Below are positions 51,825 to 62,665 of a stretch of 64,000 nucleotides of DNA, piece by piece; within the stretch, counting starts at the first letter, position 1; every line of letters starts with the position of its first letter. The translations under genes were made by a program, and so were the position numbers. The notes under the pieces were generated by a model that made no database searches, was not told the DNA's origin, and worked only from the letters and a program-made list of their open reading frames with translations. The stretch spans positions 10,106,001 to 10,170,000 of the forward strand of contig JBHGNT010000011.1 in the NCBI GenBank assembly GCA_043228905.1. Reading direction: 5' to 3'. This DNA comes from Azolla caroliniana (Eukaryota > Plantae > Polypodiophyta).

Positions 51825-53736
51825 CTCAACATCATATGCAAAACGGCCATGAGATAAGCGTGTGCGATTAGAGCAAACACGCTCGACCCAATGCACAAGA
51901 ATAATTATTATCGTAAGAGTTCAAGAGAGGAGAGAGTGGGATATATATCGCAATATGCAAAAGGCCATGAGTTGAGCGTGTGCGATTAGTGCAAACACGC
52001 TCGGCCCGATGCATAATAATAAGTAAAATCGTAGCGTAGTAGGAGGTAGAAAGAAAGAGAATAAAACGTAATACCAATTTGATTCGACCATAAAGAACGC
52101 ATAATAGAAAAAGAGAAGAGATCAAAAAAGAAGAATACCGGGTTTAGAGTGTTGTTTTGATCCTGAGAAGAGCATGACGAGCCTTGTTAGATCCCCCTCG
52201 CTCACACGCAAAAAACATCAAAACAACAAAAAAATTGTTAGTAAAAGCTCTGATACCACTGTTAAGAGTCTATTACTAATCAATAGACCAAATCAAGTAA
52301 AAAGGAAGAAAATAGATTGGATAGAAGAACCCGTTCCACCCGACCACCCCCGAGCTATGATCTAGACATAGCCAACCTACCACCGACGTCCCATACCGCC
52401 GGATATTAGGATGACTAATACCTTGGAAGAGATAAACACGATCGTCGAGACGAAAGCCTAGCCCGCACCACCGGTGTCTACGACAGCAGCCTTCCGACGT
52501 GATGATCTCTATGAGGGTAGCTAAGCCTCATATTTATACCTTTTCCTAGGCCCCTTGAATAGATGTGCCTTTCTAAAAGGCTCTCTATTCATTGGTTGTC
52601 TAAATCATGATAGTGCATGCACATATCATTCATTCTATCCAATCATTAGTCCCCTTTTTAATAATAGTGAACATACCCTTCACTAATGTAAATATTAGTG
52701 ACCTACCCTCACCAACGTTATGTGTACATAACAGGTCGGATCCGGTGGACGACAACACCATACTCGCAGAGGTGATGTGCGACAACCACGAGGTGTTCGT
52801 CGAAGAAAAGAGAAAGAGAATAGAAGAGCAAGGGCCATCAAAAAGACATGAAACAAGGAACGCGAAAAAGAAGGACGATGCGGAGACGAGTCGACCTTTA
52901 CAAACGGAGGAACGAGAATCAAGCCGAAAAGGGGAGCCGAGCATACGAGTTGAAGAAACGGTTCGGCCCGTGAAGGTTGGTGTCGAAGACCCCGCTCGGA
53001 GGACAAGGACCATACCTACCTATAAGCTAAGGTCGGACATAGAGCAGACGACGGACCTAAAGAAGATTCTCGAAGAACGAGTTCTTGATAGCCACGTAAC
53101 TTTGTCCTTGAGGGAATTGCTTGGCATTACGAAGAAGGAGTTCCATGACACGATCGTGGACCTTGTAAAGAGAAAGAGACAACAATCGGATGAGGAAGAA
53201 GAGAAGCCGCAAAAAGCAAAAATGAATGCCATAACGATGGCAAGAGACGAAATCGATGAAGATATGGTGGACAGCCACTACACTCGACCTCATTGGGCAC
53301 GAGCGACAACGGAGACGCCGGTGAAGATCGGGGAGAAGAAAGAGACCGTCGTAGCCTTGATCGACCACGGCTCGGAGATCAACCTCATGTCAACCGACTT
53401 CTACAAAAAGGGAAGATGGCCAATCAATACAAACCACGGATGGAAGATTCGTGCGGCAACAAAGTCTATGGAGGACTTGTACGGAGCTTGTCCCAATGTC
53501 AAAGTCACGATCGGGGATGTGGAGATGGATCAACACTTCTTCGTACAAGAATCGGCGTCGCATCCTGTCATCCTAGGGCAACCTTATATCACATCATCTC
53601 GGATGGAGACCAAAGTGTTCGATAATGGAGCAGCCTTCGCACGAATAAAGAGTCTTGACAACCAAAGATCGGTCCAATTCCTAACAGTGCGAGCCAATCA
53701 TGAAAGGAATCGAGATAGTCTCGGAGGCGAATCCTC

Positions 53737-53799
53737 GGATTTTTAGAGTGGACTATTGAAGCATGGGGCACAAATAGTCCGAGCAATCACAAGACCCCA
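53737..53799 (+). promoter_or_regulatory. Predicted -1 ribosomal frameshift signal of element B
   Basis: G GAT TTT TAG heptamer at 53737-53743, stem 53750-53757/53773-53780, and loop TGGGG able to pair with CCCCA at 53795-53799; the -1 frame is open into pol. Confidence 0.7.
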
Positions 53800-56700
53800 C
53801 AAGAAAGAAGAGCGCGTGGATTGCAAGGAGAAGCAACATGTGTCACACCTAGTGGCGCATGTAAACTAGTACTACCCGACAAGAAGCACAAGCACCGGAT
53901 ACAAGAATTCGAGAAGATGTTGAAAGAAGAGAACATAATAGAAGAAGGGGAGTTCGTGACTCATATTATGGAAGAAGCCTCATTTAACGACACCATCGGC
54001 AAAATCGAGGATGTCGTGGACTTGAGCAATCTTCACAACCAATGCGTGATTTCGGTTAACTCCGTCAACATGTACGCTATCATCGATGAATACCGTCGTG
54101 GCATCTCGATGAAGGAAGCTGACATCAACACGAAATATAAAACGGTGGATAAGAAGATCAAACCAGTTGCGGTTCCGCTACCGGAAGATAGCTGGCAAAA
54201 GACGAAGGAAGTCGCTAACGATCCAAGCTTAAGAGATCGGAAGAAGATAGGTCATGACTTCACCAAAGAGACGAAGGGGAAGCTACGAGTTGGAAAGGAG
54301 GATTTCCTTCTCCCTGAAGAGGAGCAAATTTTTCGCGATATGCTTGAGAGACATGGGAAGGCTTTCGCATTCTTCCCACGAGAAATCGGATGCGCCGACC
54401 CAAAGGTTATAGAGCCAATGGTGATCTTCACGGTGCCTCATGTGCCTTGGAACTTGAAACCGATACCGGTTCCGAGAGCACACCTTCCGAAGCTGATCGA
54501 GCTCTTAAAGGAGAAGGTGAGTATGGGAATTCTAGAACCGTCGAATGCTCCTTATTCCAATAGGTGGTTCACAGTGCCGAAGAAGAATGGATCATTGCGA
54601 TTCATCCAAGATCTTCAACCCGTCAACAAGGTGACAATTCGAAATGCCGGAATCGGTCCGAGCGTGGACGAATTTGCCGAAGCGTTTGCAGGCCGGTCCA
54701 TCTACTCCATTGGCGATCTCTACTCCGGATATGACCAATTCCAGTTGGCGATCGACAATCGGGACATTACAACCATGAGGACTCCGATCGGGCTTGTGCG
54801 GATGTGTACCTTACCCCAAGGCGCAACGAACTCGGTGGCTCATATGGTGAATGCCATGAATAAAGTCTTGAAGGATTGCATTCCGGACATCACGATGCCA
54901 TTCTTGGATGATATTTCGATAAAAGGATGTTCGAATGAGGAGAAAGATGAATCGAAAGATAAGGAAGGTTGTAGAAAGTTCGTTGCGGATCATATGAAAG
55001 ATTGCGAGAAGGTGCTTCAAAGGCTCGAAGATGCGAATTTGACATTTTCGGGAGAAAAATCCGCATTCGGGCAACCGGAGATCTTGGTGGTAGGTCACTT
55101 GTGTGGAGCATACGGCCGGAAGCCCTCGCCATCCAAAGTGAACGCAATCCAAGACATGAAAGAAGAATGCGAAAACCAAACGGAGGTTCGAAGGTTCCTT
55201 GGAGCGTGCGCGTTTTATCATATATGGATTCCTCACTACACTCATGTCGCCGAACCGTTATATGGACTACTAAAGAAAAGAATAAAGTTCGAATGGCGAG
55301 ACAAGCACACAGAGGCGATGCGAAGATTAAAGAAACTGCTTCTTGAAGCTCCGGCACTAAGGAAGGCCGACTATGCTGAAGGGAAACCAATTTACGTGAC
55401 CGTAGATACGAGCCCAACCGGAATCGGGTGGGTCATCAATCAAGAAGGTGAAGATAATGCGCGATATGCCGTCCGGTTCGGAGCAAAGGTTCTCAGCGAA
55501 CGACAACAAAGATATGCCCAAGTCAAGCGGGAACTTTGGGTTATTGTGTCGGCAGTGAAGACGGACAAAGATTACCTGATCGGGTCAGAAGTGATAATAG
55601 AGACAGATTGTCTCCCAATTCTCGGAATGGTCTCGGGATGTGCGACCCCAGATCTTGCTATGCTAAGGTGGATCGCCTACATCAAGTCTTTAAACCCAGA
55701 GATCCGTCACATCGCAGGGAAGAAGAACGCCATGGCTGACACGCTCTCGAGGGCAAGATTTTCAAATGGAAGTAACATGGTTTCGGAAGATGAAGATGTC
55801 GCCCTCGACTTCTTCAAGATGGCTCGATTGTCGGCAGAAGACCAGGACACGCAAACCCTCCACGCCTTCAACAAGAACGAGTACGAAGGAGAGTGGTTAC
55901 TCATCGGTAGATTCCTAAGAACATTGACAACAGATGCTTCGTTGACAAAGGAGGAGGCCCTACGAATCCGAAAGAAAGCTTACCGATACTTCTTGAAGGG
56001 AGGATTCCTTTGGCGACATCCAAAAAGAAGGACAGGAATACCACGACGAGTGGTGGTAAAGAAAGAAGAGCAAGAGACGCTGATGACCGAATTCCACGAG
56101 AGTGCTTGGGCAGGTCATAGAGGAACATGGGCGACGTTTGAAAAATTGAAGGAGAAGTACTGGTGGCCAAGCATGTACAAAGATGTACTCCATTTCGTGT
56201 CCACATGTGAAACTTGCCAAATATATTCAAATATACGTCATCGTGATGAGTTAAAGCCGACATACCCACTCACCATTCACTTCAAATGGATGGTGGATCT
56301 GGTCTCGATGCCAATGGGAGTGGGACAAATGAAGTACTTAGCGCTCGCAAGGGAAGACTTGACAAATCAAGTGGAAGGACGAGCCTTGACAAATAAGACG
56401 ACTTCAGCCGTTTGTAAATTTTTACTTGAAGATGTTGTTTGCCGATATGGATGTGTAGGGAAGATAGTGGCCGACCGAGGGGAGTTGGACGCGCACGAAG
56501 CGACGGAGCTCTTCGAAAGACTAGGCGTGAAGCTCTCCCTCATGACTGCCTACAATCCGGAAGCAAATGGGAAGATCGAGCGAGGGCATGGACCTATCGT
56601 TAAAGCCATCGTACGGGCATGCAACGGTCGAGTCGGGAATTGGCCACGACTATTACCCTATGCCTTGTGGGCTGATAGAACGACACATAGCTCGGTGACA

Positions 56701-57231
56701 GGGTATATGCCGACGGAGCTTATGTATGGACAAAAGCCGATTATGCCCATCGAATGGACGATCGCCTCATGGGTAGCGATACCGTGGGAGAACGAGATGA
56801 GCCGAGAAGAGTTATTAGCGGCGCGGATAAGGCAACTTGAAAGAAGACCTGAAGATTTAGAAAAAGCGCGAAAGATGATGAAGGCAGCCTGAGTAAAGAA
56901 CAAAGTTCGGTTCGACAACACGCATCGACTTCGTCCCAAGAAGATTGAAGAAGGGGATTGGGTTTTGGTTTACGACAGCACCCTTGACAATCAACATAGT
57001 ACAACAAGGAAGTTCGCAAGAAGATGGTTCGGGCCGTATGTGGTGACAAGTGCCAACGATAATGCCACATACCACCTTGCGGAACTAGATGGATCAAGGT
57101 TGGCCGTACCCATTGCGGGGAAAAGAGTAAAGCTTTTCAAGAAAAGACAAGACAAGGATCCTGACCTCGATTACCTCGACGATGAACATAATAGGCCGGA
57201 TGAAAATGAAGACATGGAGGAATCTAATTGA
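53743..57231 (+). CDS. Element B pol (RT-RNase H-integrase), one premature TGA at 56890-56892
   Basis: GDLYSGYDQ, LPQGATNS, PFLDD, VTVDTSP, IETDC, HE..WAGH, CETCQ, WMVDL, VADRGE, ANGKIERGH and WFGPY motifs. ORF 56965-57231 is in the same frame as 53821-56892. Confidence 0.92.
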
Positions 57232-58284
57232 TCATCGTAGCCGAAATCTCACTTCTTCTCTTCTTGGCACGTACCGGAGGACGTGTGGTTTGGTGGGGGT
57301 GGATGTCGTGAAGATTTTCGGCAATAGTGTGAAAATCCCATAAAACTTACAAAATCGAGTATGAATCACGTAATACAATAATTGTGAAGATAACATTTTT
57401 AATATCTAAGTACAAAATGATGGAGGTTTCGAATGCACTTTATTACACGAGAAATGGACAACTAAATGTCAAGATATGAGGGTATAAAGTTTGTGAAAAG
57501 AAAAGAGAAAATTGTGAGATATCCCACATAGGCACGACAAATACGGCTCTCATCATATATAAGGTGGAGCAAAAGATATTATCTTTGTGTCTATGTGTGG
57601 AGCATAGAGAGTTCAAGGTAACTTGAACTTAGAGTGGAGGTGGCTAGCTATTTGAAAAGGGTTTTGGCCAACCAAAACCGGACCGGCGATGGAGCCGGTG
57701 ATCCGACGGCGGCATCCGACCGCAATCCGGCGGCGGTGTCGTGCCTTTCGGCTCCGGATCGTTGCGTGAGTCGGGTGGGAACCACCGGGGTTTTGGACTA
57801 GGAGGAGGAAGAATTTGAGACTATTATAATTATGAGTAGATTATTAGAAACTTGTGAATCCCACAAGTATAATGTATTTTATTGATTAATATTTATGTAA
57901 GAATATGTATTTAGATTGATAGAGAAAGATATAGAAATCTCGTGAATCCCACGAGTATAGTTTGTTAATTGGTGTTTTAGGAAATATATCCAATTTCCCA
58001 AATATTTCACACACACAATTACATTGTGCTCCCCATCCTTATGTAGTGATGAGGAAGTCTTAGTAATCCATGCTTTTTCTTTAACTATAGACCCCATGCT
58101 TTTCCTATAGATAGACTATATGCTTTATCTAAAGTGATCATGCTTTTTTCTAACTTGTGCGTTTTTTATCATGCACGCTAGATGTGTATGTGTAGCTTTT
58201 TCTTTTGTTATGCGTTTTTCTAATGTTTATCCTAGCGTGAATTTACCTTTCTATGTGGGACATCTATGCTTTAACACTAATGAA

Positions 58285-58353
58285 ATGCTAGTGTAATGGT
58301 AAGACATTACATTATTAACATGGAGGTGCAAGGTTCGAATCTTGCCCTATGCA
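58285..58353 (+). promoter_or_regulatory. tRNA-like Pol III A-box/B-box module in the D LTR (second copy 61061-61129)
   Basis: TAGTGTAATGGTAAGAC (58289-58305) ... TGGAGGTGCAAGGTTCGAATCTTGC. Confidence 0.65.
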
Positions 58354-58452
58354 TGTTCCATTTATTTTGCTATTTTCTTCTATTTCTTCATTTTTTATTG
58401 AATCTAATACTATATACGTTTTTCACGTAGTGTACAAAATACACTACGACAC

Positions 58453-60474
58453 TCACCCCCTCCAAACCCGCACATCCTCCGGTATGTGCCGAAGTTGTTG
58501 GTGTTTGTTAGTCTCCTCCGTCCGGTCTCTACCCGATTGGTTTCGTTGCCGGCTCGTAGTACCCTCGACTTCTCTTGTTATGTTGACTTTGTCTCTCCAT
58601 TTGGAGCACATCCATTCTTTCCACCCGAACCATTGTCGACATCCGATCCACCATAGTCTTCGTTCGCTTTTTGCATGGCCCGCTTGGTCCTTGTCATCCG
58701 CGGTAGTATCTTTTCTTGCCCTCTTTCTTTTCTTCATCAATCTCGACTTCTTTTCGGATTTTCGGTTTAGTCGGATTAGCTTACTTCCGATTCGGTCTCG
58801 TCGGATCGTCTTTCGTTTAGTTCGGCTTCCTTTCCGATTTGTATTCGGTCGATCCGGACTCGGTTGATCGGTTTTTACCGATTCAGTGCTCTTTCGGGTC
58901 GGTTTCTTTTCTTTTCTTTTCGTCCGGATTTGCTTTCTTTTCTTCGTTTTCACCTGCCTTGTCCGGTTCGACTTTCGGCACTTCTTTCCGTTGTTCGCCA
59001 CGTAGGTCCTCCGATATGTGCTCGTTGTTCGGTCCTCGTGTGGTTGTAATGCATGCTTCTTTTCTCGCCGTAGCGCGTGCTTCTTTATTCGCCATAACAC
59101 GCGTTTCTTTATTCGCCGTAGAGCGTGCTCTGTATTACGCGCTTCTCCCGTCGTAGACCCGACCTCCGCATTGTCGCACTTTCTTTTAGATTGGAATTTC
59201 GGATGGATCATTTTCCATCCGAACCGACTTCCGACTTTACCTTCCTCGCCGCCATCTCCCGTCTCTCCGGTCTCACGTTGGTTCTCGGACACAACTGCCG
59301 AAGTCTCTAGATATTGTTGGCATGAATCCTCGGTATTACCTTCTTTCGTAGTTTCACCCTTAGCATTCTTCTCGGCTATCTCTTCATCGTATTCGTCGGC
59401 TTCGACATTCGTTTTCTCTCCGCCACCTTCCGTCTCTTCGGTCTCACGTTGCCTTTCGATCGCAACCGTCGGAGTCTCTGGAATCAGTGGTGGGGAAGTC
59501 TCGATATGGCAAACCGCCATTGATTCGTCCATAGCCACCTCCGATTCGATTTCGTCTTTTGTGGCTACCTCCTTAATCACATCCGCTTCACACTCTTTAT
59601 CTGCATCAATTATGCAAACATCTATTATGCTTACCCCTTTTTGACCCGATGTCTCGGGCACTTGTATCCCGAAATTTCCTTCTACACTTGAATTATCGGC
59701 CTTATCCTTCGCCATCGTTCTTTCACAAGACGAGTGGGTGTCTTGTTCCACTCTTTCTCCCGTGGTACCATCATGTTGTATTTCGGCCTTCATATTGGCT
59801 TCATCGTTTTTCCTCAATCGACCATCCTTCATGGGCCATGTCGTTGTTGACGAGATTCTCAGCTTCCTTTCATCATGTCTTCGGCATACCCTTTCGACTT
59901 TAGCCCAATCCTCGGTAAGGCCGTTCGCACCGTCATCATCTTCGAGTTCGATCCCAATGTCCATCCTTTCTTTCCGATCGATCGATCTTACGAACATTAA
60001 GACTTTATCTTCTCCCACCAATCTTCGTTCCCGCTCCGAGAGTCGAGCAAAACGATGCTCGAACTCTAGGAACGCTTGCGTTGCACTTCGGTGAGTCTTC
60101 TCCGACGCCACCCATTCGTCGAATTCTCGTCGATCTTGTCCCGTCCATCTCTCATAGTCATATGCCTCCCGTAAAGCTTCTTCAAAGGACTCCCATGTCG
60201 AGTTTTGTTGTTGTATCTTGTGGATTCTCTCTTGTAGTTCGTCCGAGGCCACCCGGTTAAAGGATATCACTTGCAATCCTTCCGGTATCCGATATTGCAT
60301 CATCTCCGCCTTATATTCACGTAGGTAGCGTGACACACCCTTACCGTTGAATTCCCCGTTTCGTCGCAGAAGCCGCTCTACTGCCGCCTTCATCTCCGAC
60401 ATCGCACGTTGTTCTTGTAGCATTCTCTCGAACATCATCATCATCATGTTCATCGCCTCTTGTTGATTCTCCAT
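58453..60474 (-). CDS. Element D Gag-like protein (673 aa from first ATG): capsid domain, acidic linker, K/R-rich tail
   Basis: Intact ORF filling the whole internal region. The N-terminal part aligns with B Gag (GEFNGKGVSRYL vs GQFDGRNVTKFL; LEDDDGANGLTEDW vs LEDDTQANGLVADW). No CCHC, PR, RT or IN. Confidence 0.88.
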   Translation of the reverse strand: MENQQEAMNMMMMMFERMLQEQRAMSEMKAAVERLLRRNGEFNGKGVSRYLREYKAEMMQYRIPEGLQVISFNRVASDELQERIHKIQQQNSTWESFEEALREAYDYERWTGQDRREFDEWVASEKTHRSATQAFLEFEHRFARLSERERRLVGEDKVLMFVRSIDRKERMDIGIELEDDDGANGLTEDWAKVERVCRRHDERKLRISSTTTWPMKDGRLRKNDEANMKAEIQHDGTTGERVEQDTHSSCERTMAKDKADNSSVEGNFGIQVPETSGQKGVSIIDVCIIDADKECEADVIKEVATKDEIESEVAMDESMAVCHIETSPPLIPETPTVAIERQRETEETEGGGEKTNVEADEYDEEIAEKNAKGETTKEGNTEDSCQQYLETSAVVSENQRETGETGDGGEEGKVGSRFGWKMIHPKFQSKRKCDNAEVGSTTGEARNTEHALRRIKKRVLWRIKKHALRREKKHALQPHEDRTTSTYRRTYVANNGKKCRKSNRTRQVKTKKRKQIRTKRKEKKPTRKSTESVKTDQPSPDRPNTNRKGSRTKRKTIRRDRIGSKLIRLNRKSEKKSRLMKKRKRARKDTTADDKDQAGHAKSERRLWWIGCRQWFGWKEWMCSKWRDKVNITREVEGTTSRQRNQSGRDRTEETNKHQQLRHIPEDVRVWRG

Positions 60475-61813
60475 CTCCTTGCCACCCGCCTTCACGTCGG
60501 GTTCACCAACTGTGTCGTGCCTTTCGGCTCCGGATCGTTGCGTGAGTCGGGTGGGAACCACCGGGGTTTTGGACTAGGAGGAGGAAGAATTTGAGACTAT
60601 TATAATTATGAGTAGATTATTAGAAACTTGTGAATCCCACAAGTATAATGTATTTTATTGATTAATATTTATGTAAGAATATGTATTTAGATTGATAGAG
60701 AAAGATATAGAAATCTCGTGAATCCCACGAGTATAGTTTGTTAATTGGTGTTTTAGGAAATATATCCAATTTCCCAAATATTTCACACACACAATTACAT
60801 TGTGCTCCCCATCCTTATGTAGTGATGAGGAAGTCTTAGTAATCCATGCTTTTTCTCTAACTATAGACCCCATGCTTTTCCTATAGATAGACTATATGCT
60901 TTATCTAAAGTGATCATGCTTTTTTCTAACTTGTGCGTTTTTTATCATGCACGCTAGATGTGTATGTGTAGCTTTTTCTTTTGTTATGCGTTTTTCTAAT
61001 GTTTATCCTAGCGTGAATTTACCTTTCTATGTGGGACATCTATGCTTTAACACTAATGAAATGCTAGTGTAATGGTAAGACATTACATTATTAACATGGA
61101 GGTGCAAGGTTCGAATCTTGCCCTATGCATGTTCCATTTATTTTGCTATTTTCTTCTATTTCTTCATTTTTTATTGAATCTAATACTATATACGTTTTTC
61201 ACGTAGTGTACAAAATACACTACGACAGCGGCATGCGACACCGGTATCCGGCGTCGGCATCGGCATCCGGCGGCGGCACTGGCATCCGGCGAACCGACGA
61301 CTAGATAAAATAAATATATAAAAATATATACATATATACAAGGAGGGCAAGTATGGATTTGAACCTTGCACCTCCAAGTTAGGAGTCAAATGGCTTACCA
61401 TTAAGCCATGGTATTTAGTTGAAATTATATTTCTATCATTGTACTTTTACATGTAAATTCTCATCCATGAGTGCTAAAATGAGTGACATGGTTAGCATGC
61501 ACCACATGTAATACTTAAGCGCCAAATGGCAAACATGCAATTTATGCATGTCTTGTACCCTCACATGCATCATATGCATGAGAGCATCTATAAAAGAGGG
61601 AAGGGGGAGGAGAAAAACACGGGGTTTTTTTATGAAAATTAAGAGGAAGAAATTCGTTATCAAATTGATCGTGTAAACTCAAATTCTCTCTTTTCCAATC
61701 TATCTTAAGTACTTTCTCGCCAAAGCTTGTATCGACTCTAAATCCTTCTGGTCCAGAACCCCGACGGTTCCGCCTCACGATCCGCGCGTAGTGACGGATC
61801 TTCACGACGACGT

Positions 61814-62643
61814 GGGGATGGTGCTAGGATCTTGTGTTCGGTGCCATCTGGCGGCCGGTCCCTCCAAGGTCATGCCGAACTTTGCCCTTTTTTAGCGTTC
61901 CTCTTCGGTTGCATTTAAGCGTTGGGACACATGGTTTGCCTCCCAAGTCTGTTGAAACGCATGGACGTGGGCTTCCGCATCTGGATCATCCTGGTATCTG
62001 GGATATTGGAACGACATATCGTCGTCTGATGTCGGTACACGGGCTGGTGGTGTCGGTGGTCTTTCCTCCTCCTCTGTCAGTATCGGAGATCTGTCCCGCT
62101 CCTCTTTCGGTGTTGGAGGCCTCTCCTCTGCCACTTCCGGTGTCAGAGGTCTCTCGTCCTCGACTTCTGGTTCTGGTTCCGGAGTGTGTTCGACTTCTGG
62201 CGCCGGAGGTTCCAGCATTATCAATTCTGGTTCCGGTGTCGGCAAAGTATCTGACTCCTCGTCCTCCGACTGTCTGGGGTGTCATTACTGCTGCGGTAGT
62301 TCGTCTGCGTGTTATATTCCCCGTCCAGACCCGATTCAAATGCTGAAAATGCTTCGGATTCGCCTTCGCCCGCTGCCAATGCTTGGAGAAGGGATTCCGC
62401 TTCCCGAAGACTGCTTAGGCTGCTTCCTTCGTCCGGGTAGTCATTTTGTTGTAAACGAAGTGACTCCTTGGCCACTCTCCGGATCACTTTGGAAAATGAG
62501 CGATCCGCTCTGATTTCTTCTGCCGCTTGCTGGAAAGCCTCTCGCTTCCTCAGCCGTTCAGCAAGTCTCCTTGTTCGCTTTGTAACCGGGTCGTTCGTTG
62601 GTCGCATCATCCATTCCCGCCGCTGCTCGCTGTGATTGTGCAA
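61814..62643 (-). pseudogene. Element A gag, 5' part
   Basis: ORFs 62221-62643 and 61892-62245, then LEGPAARW, which continues in frame at 43301 after removing B. Confidence 0.85.
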
Positions 62644-62647
62644 GAAT

Positions 62648-62658
62648 TGTGGTCGCCA
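62648..62658 (-). promoter_or_regulatory. Element A primer-binding site, tRNA-Arg(UCG) type
   Basis: Minus strand CAGTTTT-TGGCGACCACA directly after the 5' LTR; 11-nt match to the remembered plant tRNA-Arg(UCG) 3' end. Confidence 0.75.
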
Positions 62659-62665
62659 AAAACTG

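Larger units (their letters stand above)
45621..52733 (-). mobile_element. Gypsy C: very young chromovirus
   Basis: 474-bp LTRs at 45621-46094 and 52260-52733, identical by eye; TSD GGTCG at 45616-45620 and 52734-52738; PBS TGGTATCAGAGC 52247-52258; PPT 46095-46108. Confidence 0.97.
44437..53746 (+). pseudogene. Element B gag-protease (frameshift near 45265; split by element C)
   Basis: Gag capsid 44437-45285; degenerate knuckle DHMRRDC; frame continuous across C (SITGWS|DPVDD); protease VALIDHGSEINLM and VILGQPY; ends SSDF*. Confidence 0.88.
57737..61227 (-). mobile_element. Element D: non-autonomous gag-only LTR element inserted in the B 3' LTR
   Basis: 715-bp LTRs at 57737-58451 and 60513-61227 (one difference seen); 4-bp TSD GCGG at 57733-57736 and 61228-61231; tRNA-Trp PBS 60491-60508; PPT-like 58452-58468. 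Confidence 0.95.
43306..61809 (+). mobile_element. Gypsy B: tRNA-Trp-primed LTR retrotransposon with 4-bp TSD, inserted in the gag of A
   Basis: LTRs at 43306-44369 and 57304-61809 (split by D); termini TGTCGTGAAGAT...ATCTTCACGAC(A/G); TSD ACAT/ACGT at 43302-43305 and 61810-61813. Removing B plus 4 bp restores the A gag frame (PSTIPT|FETLK). Confidence 0.93.

Noticed and set aside
52607-53746. 379-aa ORF as an independent gene (likewise 25712-26686 and 42211-43398)
   Set aside because: The N-termini are chance read-in from LTR sequence fused to interrupted host-element frames.
34981-62665. Element A as a plus-sense element with an inverted interior
   Set aside because: The LTR TATA, the coding strand and a second PBS all point to minus sense, and no PPT precedes the right LTR either.
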